Positions 1-10,670 of a stretch of DNA of 64,000 bases are shown here, in pieces; position 1 is the first letter of the stretch, and each line of letters opens with the position of its first letter. The DNA lies in NCBI GenBank assembly GCA_035084275.1, contig CM068748.1, positions 9,176,001 through 9,240,000 of the forward strand, given 5' to 3'. Made by a program: the position numbers and the translations under genes. The notes under the pieces are model-generated. The model saw nothing but the letters and a program-made list of their open reading frames with translations, had not been told where the DNA came from and did no database searches. The stretch comes from Hydrolagus colliei. Taxonomy: Eukaryota.

Positions 1-1999
1 TAGTATTATAATAGGCAATGCATGTTACAGGGAACTGGAAGATATAACACACTTCAATCCAAAATGGCTGGAGCTACACAGTGATGCCTTTCCTTTTAAC
101 CTTGAAAGTAGATGCTATTAACGTGCATCATAAAGCACTACAAAATCACTCAATAGGCACATATTGTGGGTTACAATGTTCTTATGCGTTATAAACCACC
201 TTAGCCACTATTACTGTTCAAGAAATCTGCATTCACACCATTTCAATTGAATATAAAACAAGTGTGTTGTGTTGATATTCAAATGGAAAATAGCTGCTTT
301 ATTTTAGGGAGGTGCAAACCTTGAAGTAGTAATTGTTGTTTTGTTTTCACGGATTTACCGCATTATTTTTCCTGCAGGTTTTTGTAGAAATGCAGATTTT
401 TGCTCATTAAATCATAGGCAAGGTATCATTATACTAGAAGAAGCACATGCACACTGCTGTCAGGATTAAACAGTCAGTAACAACATCACCAAAAGAGCAA
501 TTCCATCTGTAAATATTTCAACTTTCTAATCCAAATGTATTTAACACTCACTCTGGTGTTGGCATACACCTCAATACCGTATTAAGAGAAACAGTATAAA
601 ATAATATTAAATGTGGCAACAATTAGATCACAAGGCCTTTAATAACAATCTGGGCATTAATACAGTCCTTACGGTTTCTGAAAAGTATTTGCTACTGGTT
701 GGAATTTGATGTACTAGGTTAAAAAAAACTAATGATTACATTTGTGCATTATGACACAAATTACTGTACTAGTTCTGGGAGCATTGTGAACACTATCGAG
801 TCTAACTTGATATTCATTCACCACAAGAGTCACAAATAGTGAACAGAAGTGTGCCATGCTGACCCACGGGATCACCACAATCTGCTTCTGAAACAAATCC
901 TAGCCACCTGCGTCACATTATATCAGGTACCAGCAGGAATCACTACTTACGATTCCCGACTCTTGCTGGAATATCACATTCTATGCCCCTCCGTTTAACT
1001 TATAAAGCACACCCCAATGTCCAGAACGTTCCACCTGATGCAGCAATTCATTTTATAGTAATCTGTACTGAGTCTAACACTGGTCTTCTTTAAGAGTTTC
1101 TTTCCGACTGGACAAAATAAAAACAAAGATCTAAGAATAAAAGTGCTAAGCTCATCTCTACACAACTGATTAATTTTTAAATATTGTTTTTAAACTGAAA
1201 CAAGCACAGATGTTTGTCCATAGGGAGTGAGGCGCACATAGTGCATTTCCAAAACAACAAAACCACTGATGAGAAAAGCTATATTTTGGGGAAGGTTTTT
1301 CTTAAGAAAGGCATTGCATCTCTTGCATGCCAACTGCTATATCATCCACTTCAAAGCTAAGCCATGAGTTGGGCAAAACCTGAGGGAGTGGTTATAGCCA
1401 GACAATATCAATCTAAATTTCAGTTTATACACCATCACAAGAGGCAGTAAAAGTACTGGTGTTGTGATGAAATTAGACACATTAGTTGCATAATATGGAG
1501 TACTTATACTTCATCAAGGGAACTCCAGGAGTTGACATCTGGAGATCAATAGGAGGCAGAGAAGTACCACAGCTAAAGGTGAGGGAAACAATACAGATTG
1601 AATCTTAAAATGACTCTCAAATATGGAATACTCAATGTAAACAGACATGTTTCATGACCACCATCTGAAACACTGCTTGGATGCCAAATCACATTTGTGG
1701 TTTCTTTGAAGTCTGACTGCAGCCAAATAAATGCTCCCACTGCCTAGAGGAAATCAACATCTGAGTGGAATTCCCTCAGGTAAAACACATATGGTACACT
1801 GGGATTGTGCAGGATTTTGTTTTATTAATCATTGCATATGAAACTCCAAAGTTTGTCTGTTTGTTAACATTGTAGGTACATTTCTGAGAAATTAGCACAA
1901 GGACTAAAGAGGACTATCTCTGATAGAATTGATTAGCTGCCTCTGAAAAAATACCACCATGTCTAATGACATAACATTAACGGTGCTTGGATCTGATGT

Positions 2000-2376
2000 A
2001 ACACATTATCATGTCTCCGAAACATTTCAAAATACTTTGCAGGAATTTGTTGTACTCAAACACAACAGTCAATTTGTGCACAACAATTTCCTGTAAACTT
2101 CCTAGAAGTCAACGACCAAATTTAACTGGGAGAATGTTGGCCACAATACTGTGAGAAACTGCTTTCTCTTTTTGAAGTGTGACATGGTTTCGTTAACATC
2201 ACCTGAATAGGTTCCCTTGGATTTATGCCTCACCTGAAGGACATGATCTCTGATATTGTAATACTCCCCCTGCATTGCGTATCAGATAGAGTATCAGGAT
2301 TTACAATGAGCTCAAAGTCTTGAACCCACAACGTCTGACCCAGAGGTGAGTGTTATCAAATAAGACAGGCTGATAT
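2000..2376 (-). mobile_element. Old Deu-domain SINE (SacSINE1/AmnSINE-like), diverged
   Basis: Minus-strand tRNA-like head (TCAGCC...CACTCACCTCTGGGTCAGACGTTGTGGGTTCAAG), a Deu-like core and a degenerate L2-type tail. Similar copies at ~10000-10670, 45120-45395 and 45620-45850. Confidence 0.6.
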
Positions 2377-3312
2377 CTGATAGTGGTCTGTTAATGGTAA
2401 TCCCATCCAAATAAATCACATTAGATATGGGATCACTTGAATTACATTAATAAATTTATTATTTAATGCTCCAAGTAAAAATAATAATCCTTGCATTTGA
2501 TACAGCTCCTTTCCCACACAGGATTTGCTGTAAAATGTAGTGTCTGTATACTTTGTAAATTTGCTTTCACGTTTGCCTACAAAGTAAGCAGCCATTAAAG
2601 TGAATTTTATCAGGGAGATTGTTGACCAGGACATTAGGAGAAATTCCCTTCTCTAATATGAAGAAAGGTTTCAGCCAATAAAATTTCAACTTTTTTGTGA
2701 ATAGAAGTACAAGGTTTTTCTGAAATGTAATGACATTATCCAATTGCCTCTGGCATCTGCCAAATCATATTAGACTCTACTTGTTCTTTACCAAGCACCA
2801 TCCATCAGATATACCCATTAGTGCTTCTGTTATATGTATTGATTCTACCTGCAATACAAATGGTGATCCTGTTGTCTGCTTTCAGATAAACAAAGGCAAG
2901 TCACTCTATTTTCACTGCTGCACCTAAATCCTACTGACGGTACAAGGCCTGGTGCATTTATTGAGCAACAACAAACATCAGACTTGAATAGCTGGGCTAC
3001 TGATGCCTGCCGGCATGCTGAATGAATGGTATTGCAGTGTTGTTATATCATGTCACACTGGTGTCCCAGTTCACTTGATTCACTTTTACTGTAAAGTTCT
3101 AATATCAACAGATCATTAAGATGAAGTCGTTATGTAAATCAGGTCCATGGAACCTTTGGATTTTCCATTGATTTGTATATGCAAAGTTACATACTAATTG
3201 AAAGTGTTTCATTATTACTGCTGTTTCTGCAATAATACATAACTAAGTAATACCATCTCTGGTACACATCAGTTTTGAAGAATTCTCAACCATAAGCTGG
3301 GCAGGAACACCA

Positions 3313-3534
3313 GCAACGACGATGATAACTTGCATTTATATAGCGCAGGAGCATCTCAGAGCACTTAAAATAATAATCCTTGCATTTGATATAGCCCCTC
3401 ATCACATCATTGAGACAACAACAACTTCCATTTATATAGCGCCCTCCACGCTGGATGGCGTCTCAGAGCGCTTTAAAGACATCTCAAAGTGCTTCACGGA
3501 ATATATTGTAAAGTAGATTGACTGTATTTTGTGG
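3313..3534 (-). mobile_element. Stack of three retroposon 3' ends: L2 tail, SINE tail, and an L2 tail nested inside the SINE
   Basis: SINE tail ATAATAATCCTTGCATTTGATATAGC...TTGAGAC is interrupted by AACAACAACTTCCATTTATATAGCGCC...GAGCGCTTTAA, then resumes at AGACATCTCAAAGTGCTTCAC. AGACA is duplicated at both junctions. Confidence 0.75.
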
Positions 3535-3677
3535 TACCTGGCCCCGTGACAAGTAAACATTCTACTTTGATGTGCTTTGCACTGCCAGATGGCAGCAAAG
3601 CAGCTGAAGCAAATCACTTTCCAAACAGGCTGTTGTGATGCATTTGAGAACGGCATGGCTTAAATCTCTTAACTCAC

Positions 3678-3728
3678 CAATGCGTTAAGTTTTATGTTCA
3701 CTGCGCAGCAGCTCGTGAGAAGAACCAT
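3678..3728 (-). CDS. Candidate additional ANK3 first coding exon (MVLLTSCCAVNIKLNAL), phase-0 donor
   Basis: ATG in good Kozak context (GAAATGG) at 3728, open for 17 codons to TTG|GTGAGT (donor 3677-3672). Same strand and phase as exon 1b. An in-frame upstream ATG at 3818 could add 30 residues. No homologue recognised. Confidence 0.45.
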
Positions 3729-4609
3729 TTCATTGAGGCAGGCGAGGGGGTATATAAAGGGTGGATGGATGTGGGGGGAGATGGATGTGGGGGGAGATGG
3801 ATATATGGAGTGGGGCATGGATGCAAAGGGATAAGTGGTCCCATTCCACAGCAAGGAAGTATTTCAATGATCAATCACAAAGCACCACTGGTTGTAGACT
3901 TCTCCAGATTGCGTCAGCCTTCCTTTTCAAGCCAGCTTTGTGGAGGAGAGAAGCAGAAGCCGGTGTGACACTCGCTTTGATATTAGTTGCAGTAGAATCC
4001 TTGAATTATTTATTCATCCATTTTTAATACATTTTTACTGCAGTAGTTTGCATCCTACATCTTGCAGAAATGAACCTAACAGCAAAAAAAAGCCAGCAGA
4101 CATTCTATATGCAGCTTATGTTAAATCAAAGAAACCACACTGAATTATTCGCACAAGCTTCCTGAATCCCATTAAAAGAGAATAATTGAAAACAGGTTTA
4201 TTCACTTTTAAAAAAAAAGAATCTTTGAGTTGCTACTGAATCTGAATTGGGTGCCCACTCCCAGATTATAAATTAGTAATCATGTAACCATCGTTATTTA
4301 GCAGCACTGATGGCACAGAAAAGTACATACTGAGTGTACTGGAGAAAGTCTTCCAACAGAGAAGATGTAATTGTTAAATCATGGTTGGCACTGAAAGTGT
4401 GGTCACAATCAGCGGACACTAAAAGTTTCTACAGTATAAGGCAATTGATGTCTGGAATTCCTAGATTCCTGTATCACAGCTGGGTTGTCTAGCTACATGC
4501 AAGAAAGCAATAGCCATGTGGCAATCCCATCAACTCTATTTCAGCATCTTTCAATGTTGGTAATTCAGTCAGTAATCTTCTTAATTCTGGTACCATACTT
4601 GAAATTAAA

Positions 4610-4747
4610 CAATTATTTTCAGCCACAATGCATAACGTTTTGCCCACAAAATATTCAGTGAAATTCACTCTACAGTATATTCTGTGAAGCACTATGAGAA
4701 GTCTCGAAGATGTGATAAGGCGTTATATCAAATGCAAGGATTATTAT
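4610..4747 (+). mobile_element. tRNA/Deu SINE, 3' fragment
   Basis: CCCACAAAATATTCAGT...TTCTGTGAAGCACTATGAGA...GCGTTATATCAAATGCAAGGATTATTAT matches the tail of the full copy at 47598-47912. Confidence 0.85.
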
Positions 4748-5254
4748 CACTATAATAAAAGAATACAACATCATGCAATAATATAACTGGACCCTATAAA
4801 ATAGCAGCATTTGAGAGACTACAAAAGATGCTTTATGATATTAACAGTGTGATTACAGGCTAGGTCTCACAATAATACCCCTTTCAAAAATATGGCAGCA
4901 TTTCAAACACATTAATAAAATTATAATATATTAAGTGTTGATTTTTTTAACTAGAGAATACTATCTAAGGTGAAAGGTTATTTTTCTGTGATAGGAGAGG
5001 GGAGAAAATCATTCTCATCTTGACTTTACTTAATATTCACACACAATGTCCTAAGGGACCATCTCACTTGCGCCCAGGTGCCCAAGGCCTTCTAATGCCC
5101 AATGTGGAACTTCCACTGCTGGCTGAGCAGCCTTTCAATTTTTTGGGGGGTCTTTGTTTTATTATTATTGTTTGGCCATCATCTGGTGAACCAGTGTAAA
5201 ATTTACATTCTCCGTGACACCATTACTCCATATTTCAAATGACATACGAATGTA

Positions 5255-5312
5255 ATAGAATGGTGGAACAGTCTAGAGAGGCTGAATGGCCTACTTCTGT
5301 TCCTAAGTTCCC
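5255..5312 (+). mobile_element. CR1 LINE extreme 3' end
   Basis: GAATGGTGGAACAG...GGCTGAATGGCCTACTTCTGTTCCTAAGTTCC resembles the CR1 tail at 56420-56608. Confidence 0.6.
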
Positions 5313-5422
5313 AGGATAACCAAGTCTGACTCAGGAACCTGACTACCGAGACCAACACAGAAGATTGACTCAATTCTGAAAATTATGTGTTCTAATCTGT
5401 GCTTTGAACAATTGGTTTAAGA

Positions 5423-5696
5423 CAGTGGTTCCCAACCTTGGGTCCCAACCCAAATCAGGGTCGCGGGGATCCTCAGTAGGGTCGCGAAGGGTCATTAGAA
5501 ATTTTTGTTGTTGTTTTTTTTATTGCTGAAAAGTGCCTGAGGCGACACCGCTGACCAATTTGTATGAAAGACCGTACTAGCGAGTTGCGCTGAGTCCACA
5601 AAAGAGACAAGAGATATTGTCTTGGCTAAGCTTCGCTTCAGTCGCGCAGTCACCCCCAAGGGTGGGGAGGTCCTGTTGGTGGCCAATTTAGAGCCG

Positions 5697-5722
<26 letters not shown>
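5423..5722. mobile_element. hAT (Charlie-type) MITE, 300 bp
   Basis: Perfect 17-bp TIRs CAGTGGTTCCCAACCTT / AAGGTTGGGAACCACTG. The 8-bp flanks GTTTAAGA / GTTTAGGG match 6/8, consistent with a hAT TSD. The interior is CpG-rich. Confidence 0.9.
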
Positions 5723-5728
<6 letters not shown>

Positions 5729-5980
5729 GGGATATTAACATGGCAAACAGTACAATGACATACAAAGAGGACAACATCCTAATTTTTATTACCTATGAGA
5801 TATTTCACTCAATTAAAATGCAACAAATGTTATTGCATCATTTATTAAACTGTTCTCACACAGTATAAAGATAACCAAATGTATATGAGTTCAGAAATAG
5901 ATGTGATTCATTTCATGTATCAAAGAAAAACAGTACTGTAGATCGCCATTTTATCTAAGATACACCTGCAGTGCCAATAT

Positions 5981-6011
<31 letters not shown>

Positions 6012-6038
6012 GACTAACTAACTAACTAACGAACTAAC
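5981..6038. repeat. (ACTA)n tetranucleotide microsatellite
   Basis: About 14 near-perfect ACTA units. Confidence 0.95.
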
Positions 6039-7581
6039 ATACCTTAGGTCAGCATTGAGATCAACAATTTAACAGGTAACCTTGCTTGACCATAACTCAC
6101 ATGTAAGAAACACAAGTCACTATGTTGAACTCAATCACCCTTTCACTCTTCACTTTTCGTTGAAGCTTTTGAGAAACAAGAATACTTTCCAACAAATCTG
6201 ACTCTCAATTCTCAATATTTTGATCATACAGTGAATTAATAGGAATTGCTAAACCACAGAACAAGTAATTCAAATAATTCCATTACTAAACCGAGGAACT
6301 AACCTTTTGATACCTGATTATCATAGGTCTCAACTGGGTCTAAAGGAATTTATCAGAGATTTGCTAAAATAACCTGTAAAATTCAACTGCATCAGTATAA
6401 TCCTACCTGTAGATAGGATTAACTTAATGGGTTTTACTCTGGTTATATTTAACATCAATCCTTTAACCATTTATTACCAGCAATCTTGTGGAAGTCATAT
6501 AACATTCCTTCAGAGTAGCATTAAAAGCAGATGTTTTTAGAACAGAATCCCAAGACCTGAAGAACAAAAAAGTCCCACATGCCTATGTAGTCTGGATAAA
6601 AGTGGTTTGTGCAAATACATTTTATACATGACAAGGCCTGAAATAATGCAGAAAGTAAAGGTTTGCCAGATCAAAAATGAACTCACTCCAGCAAGAGAAA
6701 AATTAAAAATTTAACAGCAGCCATTTAAATATTTTATTGAATTTTTTAAAACTGTTTTTAGATTGGTCCCAAATGGAAGCAGTCACGTAGCGCAGCCACA
6801 CAAGGATTTTGCAGTTCAGCAGCTCATTCAGTTCTGCATGGATCTCTCTCTACCTTCTGAGGAAAGATCCCCTCCCATAAATTGGAAAATCATCATCTAT
6901 CTGCCACTGTTTGTCATCTGTCAAGCCAGTGCACTACACATTGGAGTTGAAGATAATGTCAATAACATTTGTGAATAAAATTAAAATCAATAATTTTAAT
7001 TTTTTGTGGTTGAAGATTTCTAATAGTCCTCAAAGGATTCGACTGTTGCAATCGTGAAATTGTCAGGGTTGGTATAATGTTGCCCGAATTCTGAATGGAA
7101 TATTGTGAGGTTTGTGTCCAGACTATACTTCAAGCATAAAATATGTGAAACTCCTGTGAACAATTTCCCTGAAAATATCACAAGGTGTAATTTAAATTGA
7201 ACTCATAGTGCCAGACATTTAAGTTTTTACGTGAAATTAACAGCAAGTTGTGAATTGATTCAGGAAAAGCTTTCCGTCAAATATGGAGTGAGAGTATCTC
7301 ATCACAAGCCCAATGAGACTTTTAACATTAAGTAGCAGCAATATCCCAAAATAGCATTTCATGTGTCATATTCTTATTCAATATGCATTATTAATGGATG
7401 CAGCAGCAGCAGCAGCAGCTTATTCTCAGCAACATCATATTGTTGCTGCCATGTTGTAAAGGCACTCTGTGTGATGACTTTATTCCACATTGAGGGCATC
7501 ACTAATGACAATTAAGGATTACAACAACACCACATTGCATTGGACAGTTGAGGGCTTGCCCCTGTCTAAGGGGTTGAATTT

Positions 7582-7637
7582 TCCTGATGTGAAAGGCGCT
7601 ATACAAGCGTAATTTTGTTGTTTGGTGTTGTTGTTGA
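7582..7637 (+). mobile_element. L2 LINE 3' terminus with (TTG)n tail
   Basis: CCTGATGTGAAAGGCGCTATACAAGCGTAATTTTGTTG...; the same motif recurs about 10 times in the window. Confidence 0.75.
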
Positions 7638-9999
7638 ATTCAGTGAGTGGGGTTACTTCTAAACATTATCAACACAATGATATGTTGCAGAGTTAGGTTT
7701 GAACAACACTTGGGAGTGGGAGTGAGCGAAAAGCTGTAATTTAATGCTTAGGTTTAATGGCTTTTTATTGATAATATAAAAATCTTTGCATTTCATACAG
7801 TTGGCCAAACATCTCAAAGAGCTTCACAGGAATTACTGTAAAATACAGCAACTGAGTATTTGAAGGTGAACAGGAACACACTAGTTTATGGCATTACATA
7901 GGCTTGCCTATGAAACTGCAGTTTAGTATTTATGCAGCCACCCACAATAATACCAGACTGTATGAATAGAATTACTAAGGCAGATCAAAATACAAAATGC
8001 AGATGATGGAAATGTGTGGTTTTGTTCATAGATTTTCGTACATCTGAAGCTTTTGCCTCAGGCTATCAAAGAACTGTGTTAAACCAACCAGCATCATTAT
8101 CTTCGTATGAGGAAAATATGCATAGAGTTGGCAAAATAAATTGATGTAAAACCTAAATATTTATCAGAAAACATTGAAAATTGACTATTCTGAGCACTGA
8201 GAAAATAACAAATATCTTTGCTGAAAATAAAGCTATGTACCTGATGAGAGCTCTGAATATAGGACTGCAAAACAATCACACAAAGCGACATTAAAACAAC
8301 ACAAGGTGGAACCTCACGGGTAGAATATAGCGATTTATAAAATAATAAATCATGTTGATAACTAAAAGTTACGAAATGAATCAAGCAGTCACGTGGGGGT
8401 AAATTCTAAGCACCCACCCATAGATCAGGACTATTCAGGTTTCAAACTAGATTAGTTGTGGTAAGTGCCTAACATCCCTACGGCACAATGGTACCATTGA
8501 AATAAGTAACTGTGAGGGAAGGTGTGTAGCAGAATCCATGACGCACTGTGTTCTGGTTTTACACGCAGCACTGTTTCAGCACATTTTATAACTGTATTTT
8601 ATTTTTTAATCATTGTATGGCATTCGTTAAAAAATACTAAATCATTTACAGAAAGTGACTTGAGTAAGACCAGCATTTCACTCTTATTCCTGATCTGTAA
8701 AAGCTCATTGAGGTGGACTGATAGCTTTATGGTTGATTGTGTAAGTATCTTAATTGTTGTTGTCATATCTCATGCTTTTACTTTCATAGAATTTACTCAC
8801 TTAAATCACCAATGCACAGACAGATGGCTGTCTCCCTAGAATGATGACCAATGGAGGTTACAATGATGCTCAAAAGCACTTCCATTTTGAGAAGGTTACA
8901 GCTACTGCTGGGCTTCACACTTTAACAAACAATGTAAGCATAAATCAAGGAAGATAAACTGCTGCCATAGTATTACACACAGGTACTAAAGTATCACAGT
9001 TACAGTGTACAATTTGTTTCCAACAACAACTCAAAACTGAAATAGGATTGTAAGATATAGGTATGTTTTGCAGGAATGAATAAATGCAATAAAATGCAGC
9101 CAACATTGACTTCAATGTATAAAATACCCTTGACTGATAGTCATGAGAGGCTGGGTAGGAGGAACAATAGATTTTCCCAGAATTCATCCGCTCAATAAAA
9201 TGGCATCTGAACGATTTAGATAAGGTTCTATTTGGGTCGATGTTTTGCTATATCAAGCAAATATTTTGTTTCTGTTTTGTTTGACCAATCTAACATATTT
9301 TGTCTAATTCTTAATCAGCATAACATACTTCTAAAAATATAAGTAGGTCACGTTTTATTTTATGTTTGCATTACGTCACACTTCACAGCAACCGATGGAA
9401 CAGCTCTCAAAGGGCTGTTCAAGTACTGCAGCATCTTAACGCCACCAAGGGGTCACGTAACTGTCCGGGTGCAGTTTGCATCCGTGAGGCATTGAAGCGT
9501 GAAGGGATCATTATTGCACATAAATGAAAAATTGGATCACTGAAAATCACATCTGTTCTATACTTCTAATAGCAGAGTTGGAAAATCTTATTTTGCCCAG
9601 AATTCTGTTAAATATACATTTCAGAAACAAAATCACACTGAAACTTAGAAGATATCAGCAAAGCAGAATACAATTTTCAAAAAAAAAGTGTCTGGGCCAA
9701 TAAAGATTATAAATCACACCAAATCAATGAACTCTTTATGACTTCAGCAGTTGTACATTTTGGCAATGTGTTCCAAAATCTGTGTAGATTTGTGTGTTAC
9801 TTCAATCTTGAAATGTTAAAACCCAATCAACCATGGTATTAGAAGCTAAATATAGCTGGCTTTCAGGTTAAAAGGGCACCATCTTCAACAAAGACTGGTC
9901 GACAAACCGTTTTTAATTAGATTCCAAATGAAAAGATCACAACAAAAATCTCTATAAAAACGCACCATTTTGTGACATGGATGTGATATTATAAAAATA

Positions 10000-10670
10000 C
10001 TGGCATTTGATATAGCACGCATCATGTAAGACTACACGCTGGGTACATCGCAAAGCATTTCACAGCTTTCAGTAAATTGTAGTGACTTTGTATTCATAGG
10101 CAAATGTGTCATACAGTAATGTCCTTCAAACAGATGTGAAGCGAATGTCCAATTTTGGAAATAAACACTTCTCTTTTCGAATGTGTAATGGCATCTCTAC
10201 AATCCACCTGAACAGGTAGACCAGGCCTCAGTTAAAATATAATTATTGTTAATTATTATTAGTATCTTATAGAAGGTTTACTATCTTAATTGAAAGATGC
10301 CACCTCAACAGTGCAATGGTGCTTTTAGCATTGGAGTGTCAACTTAGAATGAGAGACTACTTCCCATCATGTGGTTTGAATATGATGACAATTCAGATGA
10401 ATTGGTCTGGTACTTTCCCAATAAACATAACTTACTAAACTCAATTATATGTCAGCTTGGTTCATTTAATAGCAATTTCACCTCTGAATCACAAGATCAT
10501 GGGTTTTAAACCCATGTTTGAGGTTATTAATGTAGCCTCAGCTCTCAATATTGTAAATTAAGTGAATGATTGATTTTATCTGAGTGATTTTTCCCATGTC
10601 CAAATTGGCTGCCATGCTTGCCCACAAAATATACAGTCACTACACTTTATAATAAATCCTGTGGAACACG
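10000..10670. mobile_element. Two old Deu-type SINE remnants in opposite orientation (~10000-10370 minus, ~10450-10670 plus)
   Basis: The plus copy begins GTCAGCTTGGTTC...CACCTCTGAATCACAAGATCATGGGTTT and contains CAAATTGGCTGCCATG (Deu core). The minus copy has the GCATTTGATATAGCAC tail and CCACCTGAACAGG. Confidence 0.55.
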
